From the NCBI RefSeq assembly GCF_963921235.1, contig NC_086097.1, positions 164,116,001 to 164,180,000 of the forward strand: 64,000 bases of DNA, given 5' to 3'. Shown here piece by piece: positions 51,059 to 64,000 of the stretch. The notes beneath the pieces are model-generated. The model was given only the letters and a program-made list of their open reading frames with translations. It made no database searches and was not told where the DNA came from. Within the stretch, counting starts at the first letter, position 1, and each line of letters opens with the position of its first letter. Position numbers and translations under genes: made by a program. This DNA comes from Mobula hypostoma. Lineage: Eukaryota.

Positions 51059-54000
51059 TAGCCGAGGGTCGGTGAGATAGGGGATCTGTCTATCCCAGCG
51101 TGTGAAGTCTGTCCCTGGCAGATTGAGCAGAGGAGACCGATTTAATGGTCCAATGGTCAAGAAGTCAGGCCCAGCAGGCGTTGTGGAGCACTAAGAGCAC
51201 GTATAGACACTTAGACGTCCCGATCATCCACTGCAGCAGGAGAGGTCTCCAGCCGTAACGGTTGTCCGTGTCACTAGATCAAGGTCTCTTCTGCTGAGAG
51301 AGTGGGATTGCCCCTGTGCAATAGCTATTCCAGTTAAAACTCCCATCACACACAGATTTCTGTTGTGCGGTTCATCTCAGTCCAAACTCAACTCGTCAAG
51401 CCCTGTGGCAATGGGGAAGTTGCGAAGCAACAGGTGGAGATGACCACTGGCAGTTGTAGTCACAAACCTGCACGTAGGCGGACTTTGGACCAGTGGTCGT
51501 TCGTCTCTGTAGCCAGGGCAGCAGAGATGTCCGGCAGCATCCGGGCGACTGGGCAGCCCTTTTTAGGACAGCACTGCTCACCCTCGCATGAGGGAGGGGT
51601 TAGAAAAGGTACCCTAAACATTGCCTGCCCCACAACATCTGGCTAGCTAACCGCGGCTGGCGAATCATCTCCTTAGCGATCGACATGCATCAAGAAAAAC
51701 AAATCAAAGAAATCTCATCTTTGGAGCCTGCAATGTCCGCACCCTGCTGCATAGAGACAAGGTGGCAAGGCCTGAAAGACAAATAGCACTCATAGCGGCC
51801 GAGCTTCGCCATTATCGCATTGACATCACCGCACTCAGTGAGACCAGGCTTGCAGACGAGGGTTCATTACAGGAAGCAGTGAGTGGATATACGTTCTTTT
51901 GGAAAGGGAAACCACAGACTGACAACAGGATCCACGGAGTAGGTTTTGCAATCAAAACTGCTCTGCTGAAGAACATCCCTACTCTACCCACTGGAATAAA
52001 TGAACATATCATGAAGTTCCACTTTCCTCTCAGCAAGTCCCGGTATATCAGCATTGTCAGTATCTGCACCAACTCTCATGAGTCCAGACGAAGACAAGGA
52101 AAGTTTCTACGAGGACTTGGACCAGACTACTCTGACAACCCCCGCCAGCGATAAACTCATCATCTTGGGCAACTTCAATGCTAGGGTGGGGACAGACGGC
52201 GACAACTGGGACGGAGTCCTTGGGAGACATGGGGTGGGAAAACTAAACAGTAATGGCCTGCTGCTTCTGAACAAGTGTGCTGAGCACAACCTGTGCATCA
52301 CTAACACAATGTTCAGACTTGCAAACAAGTACAAAACAACCTGGATGCATCCCAGGTCCAGACACTGGCATCTACTCGACCATGTCATAGTACACCAGCG
52401 TGACCTTCAAGACATCACCATTACCCGGGCCATGCGAGGTGCTGAGTGTTGGACAGATCACAGGTTGGTTCAGTCGGTCCTCAACCTGCACATAGCCCCT
52501 TTGCATCGTAAGCAACCAAAGACTGTCAGAGTGTCATTCAACATCGGCAGACTGCAAGACTCAGGTCAAGTCCAACATTTTTAAGATGTACTTAATGAAA
52601 AACTCTCCGGCAATTCACTGCTTGTGGGAACCTGTTCTGAAAAGTGAACGCAGTTCAAAGATGTCATCACACAGACTGCAGCAACTGTACTTGGACTGAA
52701 AACCTGAGTGCATCAAGACTGGTTTGATGAAAACCACGAGACCAATTCAGCAGCCTTTCAGGGCAAGAACAAGGCCGATGCAGACTGGCAGAATGACCAG
52801 TCATCTGTTTCAAAGAAAGACAAGTTTAAACACCTGCAGTCCAAAGTACAGGCAGAACTGCGAGAAATGCAGGACGAATGGTGGAATGCTAAGCAGACAT
52901 GCATGCCACCAGAGAGTTCTTCAGCGCCATGAAGTCAGTTTATGGTCCTTCTAAATCAGAATGCTCCCCCTTGCTGTCATCTGACGGATCGAGCCTGATC
53001 AAAGACCAGGAAGGACTGCAAAACCGCTGGGCTGAACACTTCTCCGACCTATTCAATAGGCTGTCCGCAGTTGATCCTGATGTCTTACAGCAGATCCCTC
53101 AGCAGCCAGTCCTGGATGACCTAGACCTGCCGCCCTCTACTGATGAAATCAAGAAAGCGATCTCCTAGACAAACTCAAATAAAGCAACAGGGCAGAATGG
53201 CATTCCTGCCGAGATCTACAAAGCATTAGGCCCAAATGCCTTACAGGCGTTCCAGGACATCTGGATCACAGAGGAGGTGCCTGATGACTTCCACGATGCC
53301 CTCATCGTGGCTCCCTACAAAAACAAGGGAAGCAAATCAGACTGCAGAAACTACAGGGGTATCTCACTGCTGTCCATCGCAGGCAAGACTTCTGCCCGCA
53401 TTCTCCTGAACAGACTTGTCACTGTCTTGGAAAGGAACCTCCCAGAGGTGCAGTGTGGCTTTCAGCTAGAACGGAGTACAGTAGACATGATACTTGCCGT
53501 GAGGCATGTCCAGGAGAAGTGCATCGAGCAGAACAAGCCTCTTTACTGTCTTCATTGACCTGACAAAGGCATTTGACACTGTAAATAGGGAGGCCTCTGG
53601 ATCATCCTGAGACATTACGGGTGTGCAAGGAAATTCGTGAAGATGGTTCAGCTGCTCCACGACGGAATGACAGGACAGGTCCTTCGCAGTGGTGATACGT
53701 CAGCTGCATTTGCCATTTCCAATGGGGTGAAGCAGGGCGCTGTACTAGCCCCAGTCCTGTTCAATCTGTTCTTCACTTGCATGTTGTTGCGTGCTGTCCA
53801 AGGTCTGAGAGAGGGAGTGTATATCAGGTACTGATTGGACGGCTCTTTCGTTGACCTTCGCCACTTGAACGGACGGACGAAGTGCCTCCATACAGTCATT
53901 CAAGAAACCCTCTTTGCTGATGACTGTGTGCTCCTGGTGCACAAAGACAGTGATCTACAGTTGATGCTGAACAAATTCTCAGACGCTGCTACGCCCTTTG

Positions 54001-54897
54001 GCCTGACTATCAGCCTGAACAAGATTGAAGTACTTCACCAGCTCGTGCCAAACACCAACCCCATAGAACCAAAAATCACTGTTGTCGACACCCAGCTGAC
54101 AAATGTAAACAGCTTCAAATACTTGGGAAGCATCATCTCGAGTGATGGGTCTTTGGACAAAGAAATTGATTGCAGGATCAGCAAGGCCAGCCAGGCTCTG
54201 GGGAGGCTGTGTAGCAGAATGCTCAGTCAACACAACATCCGCATCTCCACAAAACTGAAAGTCTACAGAGTTGTGGTCATCCCTTCTCTAAATGGATTGA
54301 GACATGGACTCTGTACTGATGACACATCAAACAACTGGAGAAATTTCACATGCGCGCCCTCCACTCCATCCTTGGCATTCATTGGCAACACCGTGTCTCC
54401 AACCTGGAGGTCTTGGATCGCGCGGAGTCCACCAGCATTGAGTCCCTGATCATCAGAGCCCAGATGCGGTGGGTGGGACACATCATCAGAATGGACGACC
54501 ACTCTATGCCTCTCCAGCTGCTCTATGGTGAACTGGAGACCGGAAAGAGACCTCAAGGTCGCCCACGAAAGCGCTACAAAGATGCTGCGAAGGAAACCCT
54601 ACGCTACTATGACATCCAGCCAAGGGAACTAGAAGCTGCGGCTGCTGACAGAACCCGCTGGGGCGAGCCCTGTGCTATGAAGCCTACACCAGTTTTGAAG
54701 ACAGGCGCTGCCAAAAACTGATGGAAAACCGTGAGCAGCGTCACAGAACAGCAGCCACAATTATTACAACAACAGACTTCCAGTGCCCCCATTGTGCTAG
54801 ACTCTGCGCTTCCAGATTGCGACTGCAGAGCCTCCTCCGTGTCCACAGATGAAATGCACAACAGCATATCTTCTTCGAATCCGAAGGACTACCACAA
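50875..54897 (+). mobile_element. Full-length RTE-clade LINE (inactivated single ORF: APE + RT + C-terminal zinc finger)
   Basis: ~830-bp GC-rich 5' UTR. GACNVRTL, ALSETR, GVGFAI, GNFNARVG, TDH (APE); NYRGISLLS, GVKQG, LFADD, FKYLGS (RT); C-terminal CPHC…RVH. Short 3' UTR. Many frameshifts and stops. Confidence 0.93.
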
Positions 54898-55034
54898 ATT
54901 TGCCAAGCTTGTGAAAGCTTTCATTGTATGTTCACTACTCATTTGCTACTCCAACAATTCAAGAACATTTTGGAAGGTGTTTGTGGCATTTCTAAATATT
55001 TTTAGCATGGATATCGCTTGCTTTTAAATTCCAC

Positions 55035-55280
55035 AAGCTACGGACTCACTTTCAAGGACTCTACAACTCATGTTCTCAGTGTTATTTATTTATTTATCTT
55101 TTGTTTTGTATTTGTCCAAATTGTCTTCCTTTGCACATTGGTTGTTTGTCAGTTTTGTGTGTAGTTTTTCTTTGATTCTATTGTATTTCTCTGTTCTATT
55201 GTGACTGCCTGCAAGAAAATATGGTTAGTATATGGTGACATATATGTATTTTGATAATAAATTTTCTTTGAACTTTGAAT
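55035..55280 (+). mobile_element. LINE (Rex-type) 3' UTR stub
   Basis: T-rich UTR ending gataataaattttc(tttgaac)2. Confidence 0.55.
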
Positions 55281-57091
55281 GTTGTACAGGTTCTGAAAAG
55301 TAACTGTAAAGCAACATGATGTTCAGTTTTGCTGTGTAAATGTACAGTCATATATAAAGAGGAATTTCTTCATAATTCCTTCCAACTTTTGGCCAAACTA
55401 TTAAGATAAGGGAGGAGAGATTCCAAATAGAGGAAGAAAAAAATTGTTAAACAGAATCAATTCTAAAACCTCATTTTCCATTGAGGTTGAGTAAGTAAGA
55501 CAAAAATCAATGGAACATTTATTTGTTCTTTGTGTCCAGGAGGATTCCTAACAGAGTTTCTGGACATAACTAGAGAAGAGGCTATACTGCATCTAATACT
55601 TGGCAATTAACTAGGTTAGTCATGTATCAGACCTCTCTATGGCTCAGTATATCAGAGATGGTGACCACAACTCCCTGAGCTATTGCATGGCCGTGGAAGA
55701 GGTTAGGACATGGACAATATGGAAATCATTTAATTGTGGGAGGGCTAATTACAAAGATGTTCAGCATGAATTTATCTAGCATGGATAGAACATTGGCTGA
55801 GTGGGAATAAATGGAGCCTTTTCTGGTTGGCTACCGGCAACTAGTGGTATTCCACAGGAGTCTGTGTTGGGACCATTTCTTTTTACATTATGTGTCAATG
55901 ATTTGGAAGATGGAATTGATAGCTTGGCGGCCAAGTTTGCACATGATATGAAGATTGGTGGAGGGGCAGATAGTGTTGAGGAAGCAGCAAGACTACAGAA
56001 GGACTTAGATTAGGAGAATAGGCAAAGAAGTGGCAGACAGAAGTGTATAAGTTGTGCACTTTGGTGGAAGTAAAAGCCTAAACTATTTTCTAAATGGAGA
56101 AAAAAATTAAAAATTTGAGGTGCAAGGGAACTTGGGAGTCCTTGTGCAGGAGGTTCCTTTGTAGGTTCAGTCGGTGGTGAGGAAGGCAAATGCAACGTTA
56201 ATATTAATTTTGAGAGGACTAGAATATTAAACAAGGATGTAATAATGTTCAGGCTTTATAAGGCACTGGTGAGGCTTCACTTGGAACTTTGTGAGCAGTT
56301 TTGTGCCCATTATCTAAAAAGTGATGTGTTGACATTGGAGAGGGTTCAAAGTAGGTTCATGAAACTGAGCTCGTTGATTTCATTAACTTTACCTCCAACT
56401 TTCACCCTGCCCTCAAGTTTACCTGGTCCATTTCTGAACACCTCCCTCCCCTTTCTAGATCTTTCTGTCTCTATCTCTGGAGACAGCTTATCTAAATGGA
56501 TATCTACTATAAGCCTACTGACTCTCACAGCTATCTGGACTATTCCTCTTCTCACCCTGTCTCTTGCAAAAACGCCATCCCCTTCTCGCAATTCCTCCGT
56601 CTCCGCCGCATCTGCTCTCAGGATGAGGCTTTTCATTCTAGGACGAGGGAGATGTTCTCCTTTTTTAAAGAAAGGGGCTTCCCTTCCTCCACCATAAGCT
56701 CTGCTTTCAAACGCATCTCCTCCATTTCATGCACATCTGCTCTCACTCCATCCTCCCGCCACCCCACTAGGAATAGGGTTCCCCTTGTCCTCACCTACCA
56801 CCCCACCAGCCTCCGGGTCCAACATATAATTCTCCATAACTTTTGCCACCTCCAACGGGATCCCACCACTAAGCACATCTTCCCCCGCTCTGCTTTCCAC
56901 AGGGATTGCTCCCTACGCGACTCCCTTGTCCACTCGTTCCCCCCCCCCAATCCCTCCCCACCGATCTCCCTCCTGGCACTTGTAAGTGGAACAAGTGCTA
57001 CACATGCCCTTACACTTCCTCCCTCACCACCATTCAGGGCCCCAGACAGTCCTTCTAGGTGAGGTGACACTTCACCTGTGAGTCGGCTGGG

Positions 57092-57385
57092 GTGATATAC
57101 TGCGTCCGGTGCTCCCGATGCAGCCTTCTATATATTGGCGAGACCCAACGCAGACTGGGAGATCGTTTCGCTGAACACCTACGCTCCGTCTGCCAGAGAA
57201 AGAAGGATCTCCCAGTGGCCACACATTTTAATTCCACATCCCATTCCCATTCTGACATGTCTATCCACGGCCTCCTCTACTGTAAAGATGAAGCCACGCT
57301 CAGGTTGGAGGAACAACACCTTATATTCCGTCTGGGTAGCCTCCAACCTGATGGCATGAACATTGACTTCTCTAACTTCCGCTAA
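57092..57385 (+). pseudogene. GIY-YIG endonuclease domain of the PLE (domain frame open, upstream ORF broken)
   Basis: ORF-track peptide with IY..YIG, conserved R, H, E and terminal GMN motif. Confidence 0.85.
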
Positions 57386-57692
57386 TGCCCCACCTCCCCT
57401 TCGTACCCCATCCATTATTTATTTTTTATTATTATTATTGTTATTTTTTTTCTCTCTCTCCTTTTTCTCCCTCTGTCCCTCTGACTATACCCCTTGCCCA
57501 TCCTCTGGGCTTTTCCCCCCTCCCCCTTTTCTTTCTCCCTGGGCCTCCTGTCCCATGATCCTCTCATATCCCTTTTGCCAATCACCTGACCAGTTCTTGG
57601 CTCCATACCTCCCCTTCCTGTCTTCTCCTATCATTTTGGATCTCCCCCTCCCCCTGCCACTTTCAAATCTCTTACTATCTCTTCTTTCTGTT

Positions 57693-57729
57693 AGTCCTGA
57701 CGAAGGGTCTTGGCCCGAAACATCAGCTG
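57693..57729 (+). ncRNA. Minimal type I hammerhead ribozyme motif in the PLE terminal repeat
   Basis: agtc CTGACGA a GGG tcttgg CCC GAAA c ATC: intact CUGANGA and GAAA core with a 3-bp stem II. Helix I 3' strand and the ACGT helix III palindrome are mutated. Confidence 0.75.
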
Positions 57730-59374
57730 TATCTCTTCCTAGAGATGCCACCTGACCTGCTGCGTTCACCAGCAACTTTTATGTGTGTTGCTTGAAATTC
57801 CAGTATCTGCAGATTTCCTCGTGTTTGCGTCATGAAAATGATTCCGGGAATGAAAGGGATTTTATTTGAGGAATGTTTGGTGGCTCTGGGACTGTACTCA
57901 CTAGAATTCAGAAGACTGAGGGGAATCTCATTGAAACTTAGTGAATATTGAAAGGCCTCAATAGAGTGGATGTGGAAAGGATGTTTCCTGTGGTGGGGGA
58001 CTCTTAAGACCAGAGATGCAGCCTCAGAATAGAGAGACATCCATTTTGAACGGAGATGAGGAGGAATTTCTTCTGCCAGAGAATGGTGAATCTGTGGAAT
58101 ACGATGCCATAGGTGGCTGTGGAGCCCGAATCATTGGGTGTATTTAAGGCAGAGGTTGATAGACTCTTGATTAATCAGAGCATATAGGGATAAGGGGAGA
58201 AGGCAGGAGATTGGGGCTGAGAGGGAAATGGATCAATCATGATAAAATGGTGGAGCAGACACAATGGGCCAATGTCTCCTCCTATATCTTATGGTTTTAT
58301 GGTCTTATAGTGTAGAGAGCAAAATTATTAGCATGGACCTGGTGGGCTGAAGGTCTAATACTGTGCTCTACATTCATTTAATTTTCTAAGTTTTAATTCC
58401 CCAGTTGCTATGGTAGATTTCAGACACATGAGTCTAGATGAATGGTCCAGAACTCTTGCATGCTGGGACATCTCTTCACATCTGCCAAGGAGCAGGAAAT
58501 ATGTTTTCCATACCATTAGTTTGACACAAGAAGCTAGTATTCTGCATTAAAGCTAAAATACAAAATTATGCTGCATAAATCCTCACACACCAAAATATCT
58601 TAAAAATATCCTACTTGTTTGCTTTTATTTGGAATTAAATAATTGCATCAGAACTTCTCATATTTTCCTTGAGCTCAGAATATAAATTCTTCATTTAACT
58701 TAAAGAGGTAAGTATGGTTATTGCTACCATGGGTGCTGTAATATACACTAAAGGCAGCATGAACTAAAGCATTAAAAGCTACTTCGCTTACACATAAATT
58801 ATACATTGCTTAATTTGTTAGCTTCTTGTTGTGTTTTTTTTTACTTTAGATGACAGCTTTAGCCAAAAGAAATTATGTATCATATTGAATGCAAATTCTA
58901 TTTAAATAAATAAATATGCTTTAATGCTCTAGTACCATAGAATTAACTACGAAAAACCATCCATTATTGTCATAATTTATGCAGGTCTACAGAAGTGTAG
59001 AGTTGAGAATGAGTATTTCATCCATGGTTTTGTACAATTGGATATCTTTTTTTGGTTGAGTATCTAAAAGATTTTATGCTGGATATCCTGAAATGTCAGG
59101 GGAGGACAATGTGAAGCAGAACATTAAGATTTTGCCTTCACGATTGTCATTAAAACACAATGTTCTGGGGGAAATAAAGAAAGAAACCTCATGACTTGGA
59201 GATCTAGAAAGACAGAATAAACAGAATTAGAACAGAAAACTGTGTAGAAAATTATGGTGCATCATGCTGGCTATAGATGGGCAAGGTTAATCCCATCTCT
59301 TGGTCTGGTATCTCGAGGATTATTCACTTTCAGAGGTCATCCAGGTCCTTTTTAAATGAGGTGAAGGTTTCTGC

Positions 59375-59612
59375 CTCTGTACAATACGATGGACCCTTGA
59401 CCTCACAAATTACCTCCTTATGATCATGCACCTTATTGTCTACCTGCACTGCACTTCCTTAGTAACTGTTGTACTTTATTCTGCACTCGGTTATTGTCTT
59501 ACCTTGTACTACCTCAATACACTCAGTAATGATTTGAGTTGAATGAACAGTATGCAAGGCAAGCTTTTCACTTTATCTCAATACATGTGACAATAACAAA
59601 CCACTTCCAATT
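59375..59612 (+). mobile_element. Rex-type LINE 3' UTR stub
   Basis: Reverse complement resembles 38550-38790. Ends gtgacaataacaaacca. Confidence 0.65.
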
Positions 59613-60398
59613 TTCACCCCAACAGTGCATTCCAGGCTCTGAGTAAAATAGGTACACATGAACTTTCCTCCACTCACATTAGGAGGATGTCCTCAGGTAT
59701 TGGCCATTGCCAGAGTAGAATGACATTGGATATAGTACAACATCAAGTTTAATGAAGATAATCCAGTGATTTTGCCAGACAGGGAGTTCGAGCACCCAGA
59801 ACATGGACATGGATTTGCATGGCATCTTTACCATCCTTCTCAAGATGTCTTTAAGTACTTGAACAATTATCTTTTGAAGTGTAGTCATTGTTATGATGTA
59901 GGAAATCTGGAGACAATGTATGCACAGTAAGATCACACAAAGAGCTGTGTGATGATGACCAGTAGCTGCATTTCAGTGATTTGACTGAGAAATTAAATTT
60001 ACCCAATAATGATGAAGGAGGACCAAAATATTTCAAAATCAGGATGGCATATGACTTGAAGGGGCTTTCTCAAGAAGGGTGTATGTTCCAAACTGCTTGT
60101 TGTTCTAGATAGTAGAGCTTCATCCCATATTTTGAAACCCAAGGGGCTGTCGGGAGCCAGGAAGAGAGTCCTTCTTGCCATTGGTATTTCTGAAGGGTGT
60201 CAAATTATGTTTCTAGTTAGCTGTTTCTGGCCTATGCTGTTGATAATTTCATTTCAGACCAAGAGGGATGAGAAACATCAGGGAAGTTTTGAGCATTGTG
60301 GTTAAAACAGGTTTACCATGATTGAAAAAGTATGAGAATAAAAAAAAAGAAAATTATTTCTGTTTGTTTAGTGCTTTATATAACCTCTGGACAACCTG

Positions 60399-60625
60399 GG
60401 GGGGAGGGAACATTGACTCAGACCATGAGAGACCTGCGTCAGGCATTTTCATGCCTTACAAGGCGCAGATTGGAAGTCTGTGTGGGGCGCCACTGCTCGC
60501 ACAGACCAGAGCAACATTTGATTAAGTGCCTTGCTCGAGGGCACAAACACGCTGCCACAGCTGAGGCTCGAACTAGTGACCTTGAGATAACTGGACGAAT
60601 GCCTTAACCACTTGGCCACGTGCCC
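60399..60625 (-). mobile_element. tRNA-derived SINE, same head as 12875-13192 but different 3' half
   Basis: Shared gggcacgtggccaagtggttaaggcatt head, B box gttcgagcc, CORE-like gagcaaggcacttaatca. TSD (C)AACCTG at 60392-60398 and 60625-60631. Confidence 0.8.
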
Positions 60626-62129
60626 AACCTGAAGTACTTCACAACCATTGGTATATAGGTATGTGTGAGTGTTTGGGTTTGAATAGTTGTGTTAGTTTCG
60701 ACGAAGGAAATATGTATAAGTGTCAGTCTCTGTGTAAGGCTGTAGCTGGAGACATAGTTGATTTAATGTATGGTTGCTTGCTTCATTTTGTGTTGTTGTC
60801 TGAGTACATTTTTGAGGTGGGTCAGCTTGCGCTGTCGCATAAATATATTTTTGAGTGTAGATTTGTGAAAGAAAATAGGTATATGCCAGTGCCATTGTGT
60901 TGGTGCCTCAGGACATATTTGAATGTGGGTTTGGGAATGGTTTGGATTTGGGTAGGTGCATAGATATACAGAATCTGTGAATCTGGGCAGAACTGAGTAT
61001 GTCCTTGAGGTCTGCACTGCGTCTGGGTTGTACCCTGCCCACATAAATGTATGAGTGCACATATATTTATCTATTTGTTTCTGTTCCATATGAATTGTGA
61101 ATGAGCTGGTGTATTTATATTATAAAAAGTCAGGAAAATCAATCGTGGAAATTCTGAAAAGCTGCTGTACGAGGAAAATTTCAATCATGTATCAAGAGCA
61201 CTTCAGTAGCAATCCCTTAAAAATTAGAATTGATTTAAATCAAGATCTCAGCAAGTTTAACCTATTCTTGTCAGTCCAAACTATTATAGCAAAGTAGTTA
61301 TTGGGAATTGCAGTTTTTAAATGAATCCTGAAGATTACAAAATGTTATTATTCAGCTCTGGCTCCCTCCAAATCATTTACTGTTAAGATACGACAAATTA
61401 TCATCCAAACCACTCAGTTGTATTGAAACTAATTTATGATGGAATATGCAGAATAGATTTAATACAAGGAAATTATTTAAAGGCTTGGGTAACTATTCAG
61501 CAAGTTGTCATTTTTGTTCAATCAGTGATTGAAAATGACTTTTATTTCTGAAAGGATTCTTTGGGTTTACAAGTAGACTGGAAGAAAAAAATGCTGTACA
61601 TCTCTTTTTTAATATAGATGTTTATATAAAATTCTTCATTGAATATTCTACAAAGGGAAATCAGGGCAGAGCAATACTTGTTGCAGGCAAGCTGACTACT
61701 AAAGCTTTGTAAAACATGCATCAAGATGACTGCTGATATTGGAATTAATTTGTGGATCACTAAAACTGATTTGTTAGACAATGCTTTAAAAGTGCAGCTT
61801 GTTCTCTTTAACTTACTCTCAGGATGTAAGTGCCCTTTGGCAAGGTCACAATTGTTGTGCTTCATGAAATACTTTGTCAAAGGGATGATCTGCTCTCTTT
61901 CTTCAACAGCTACATCCCTTTTTGATTTTATGACTTTTATCTTTGCTGCCCATGAGGAAAATGATTTCATCCAGTGATATTAAAATTTGCCCCAATCTCA
62001 GTTCCTTCTCAGGTTGGCAGACTGCGTATAATAGGTTGCCGCATACAGCTTGGCCCACAGCTATTCACAATCTATGTCAACAGTTCAGATCAGAAAACCA
62101 ATGGCACATATCCAGATTTATTGACAATA

Positions 62130-63550
62130 TAAAGTGAAAATGCAGGAGGTTGTAAAGAAATTTCAGGGGGATATGGACAGGTTGAATGATTGGACATGAA
62201 CATGAAAGATGGCAAATAATTTGGATATGGGTCAGGTCATCCATTTTGGTATGCCTACCAGAAGAATATTGTAAAGTAATATAGATTGGGTAATGCTAAT
62301 GTTCTATTTTTCCCAAGCTCTGCATTCTGTTCTTTTTCACCTATCTCAACGTACTTACATATGGGATGATCTGACTGAATAACAGCCTGCACCTTCCTCT
62401 CATACTGTGCCCCTTGCTCTTATCTTTTTAGCTGAGGAAATTATTCTTCTTGTATCTACCCTGTCAAACTCTTTAATGATTTTGTATACATTATTGATAA
62501 AATCACTAATTCTTCTAAACTCTAAAAAAATACAGTCAACTTCCTGTTATTTGAAAAAATACACCATCCCTATAACTAGTTTAGTGAGCCTTTATTACGT
62601 TCCTCCCTCTAATACAGCCTATAACCTGTATGGAGACCAAAGCTGTACCTAATGTGCCAAATGTGGTCTCTCAAGCTTCTTCATTTCTCCTGTAATCAAG
62701 GCCTTTGATAATAAAAACAATACAGTTGCCTTCCTAACAGCTTCCAACACCTACACATTTGCCTTCAGTGACTTGTGTCCAGGCACAATTATTATTATTA
62801 TTTGTTTATTACTGTAACATGTACCAGGAGACAGTGGAAAGCTTTTGTTTGCATGTTTAGGATGAGAAAAGGAAACATTTTCTCATTCAAGATGTGGCGT
62901 ACCTTTGGAATTTTATATCTTGGAGGGCCTGCAGTTTTTATTCTTGAAGGCAGTAATGAGTCCGCGACATTAGGTGTCTGACATATTGATCGAACTGGAT
63001 AGGAATCATTAAATCATGTAGCATGGTAGTAGGTACTTTGGCCCAACTCAGTCATGCTGACCAAGTTGCCTACTTGACCTAATCCCATTTGCCAATGTTT
63101 GGCCATTATCTTTCCAAATCTTTCCTAACCATGTGCCTGTCCAAATGTCTTTTAAAAATCATAATTGTACTTGCCTTTACCATTTCCTCTGCCAGCTCAT
63201 TCCACAGATTCAACACCTTGTGTGTGGGGTAAAAAAAAAGCCTCTCAGGTTCTTTTTAAATTTCCTCTCACTTCAAATCAATTCCCTCCAGGTTTAGACT
63301 GCCCTATCCTGGGAAAAAGACCATTCACTTTATCTATCCTCATGTGATCTCAGCTTCCTCTGGTCTAGGGAAAGGGAACCCTCTCATTTCCAATCTCTCC
63401 TTATAACTCAAGTTACCCAGACCTGATAACATACTTGCTGCAATCATTTCCAGCTTAAAGAAATCCTACCTTTAGCTAGCAACTAGACCTGCACACAATA
63501 TTCCAAGTGTGGTTCCACAAACATTTTGTACAGTTATAACATGATGCACG
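62130..63550. mobile_element. Cluster of old CR1 remnants in both orientations
   Basis: Degenerate QGDMDRL..W segment (+, about 62150-62250). Minus-strand CR1 C-terminal sequence at about 62400-62780 and 63010-63550. Confidence 0.6.
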
Positions 63551-64000
63551 TGGTACTTTTGTAGTTAGCCAACAGATTTTCACTCCTGAAGGCTATTGGT
63601 GAACCAGGTGGGTTTTAATGAAAATACGATAGTTATGCCATTGGAATTAATCATTTCTTAGCAACTTTGTAAATAGAATTAAAGATTTATTCAATTAACT
63701 GGGATTTGATTTTCATCTTCATATTGTTGGCAAAGAGTTTATATTTGCTAATTAGGTAATCTAACCACATTGTGGCCTCTTAGTTAATGTAGGACAAACT
63801 GGAGAAGATTGGGGTAGAAATCAGTTTTCATTGTATCATTTTTCCAGGCAGTAAATAGGCCATCTTCACGTCTATGAGATGCCTATGGAACACCATGTTG
63901 ACCTTGATGACAAGCGTTTGCTAAGAAACAGAACTGCACACATGCAGACACCTCTGAATGAGTAGAATTTAGAAGGTTTGCTGACAATTAATACAGCTGG

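Larger units (their letters stand above)
56365..57829 (+). mobile_element. 5'-truncated Penelope-like element (Neptune-type): RT C-terminus, Cys-rich linker, GIY-YIG endonuclease, terminal repeat with hammerhead motif
   Basis: LPFLDL, DIYYKPTDSHSYLDYSSSHP…KNAIPFSQFLRLRRICS (PLE RT thumb); CKWNKCYTC linker; IYCVRCSRCSLLYIGET…RFAEH (GIY-YIG). TSD TCATGAAA (56357-56364, 57830-57837). Confidence 0.93.
55555..58308 (+). mobile_element. CR1 LINE fragments (APE remnant about 55555-55765; RT to 3' end about 55775-58308), split by a PLE
   Basis: TSGIPQESVLGP, KFAHD, LYKALVRLHLE. Resumes at 57830. tcttatggttttatggtcttat tail. Confidence 0.85.

Noticed and set aside
50863..54902. ATTTG as TSD of the RTE
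   Set aside because: Only 5 bp, and 7 nt upstream of the predicted ribozyme cleavage site. May be chance, so not used to set boundaries.
60640..61100. TG-rich tract with ORFs on both strands
   Set aside because: Low-complexity, decayed simple repeat.
61542..61970. 142-aa ORF in non-repetitive DNA
   Set aside because: No recognisable domain, non-ATG start, and composition like translated AT-rich non-coding DNA.
1..64000. CRISPR arrays, operons or prokaryotic defence systems
   Set aside because: No regularly spaced repeats or bacterial gene structure. All RT and nuclease domains belong to eukaryotic retrotransposons.

Overview
Eukaryotic, repeat-rich non-coding DNA with no host protein-coding exon that I can support. 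The repeat families (many CR1 LINEs, Rex/Babar-type LINEs, HE1-like V-SINEs, Deu-domain SINEs, Neptune-type Penelope-like elements) suggest a cartilaginous fish, probably a ray or skate; this is inference. All long ORFs are decayed retroelement proteins or their antisense shadows. Main elements: a Gypsy LTR element (7735-14602, TSD TTAAT) carrying three nested insertions; near-complete CR1 ORF2 copies (9150-12278 +, 19566-22672 -); a full-length RTE LINE (about 50875-54897); a HERO-like REL-endonuclease fragment; a solo LTR (48957-49772, TSD ATAG); and a Penelope-like element (PLE) with a GIY-YIG domain (56365-57829). Most interesting: (1) an HDV-like ribozyme fold at the 5' end of the RTE, with an extra hairpin in L3; (2) four 170-230 bp fold-back insertions built only from the PLE terminal repeat, each with minimal hammerhead ribozyme motifs, 12-16 bp TSDs, similar outer ends and inversion points at the ribozyme; (3) a 262-bp local inverted duplication about 94% identical. 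All folds and alignments were done by eye and need computational and experimental confirmation.
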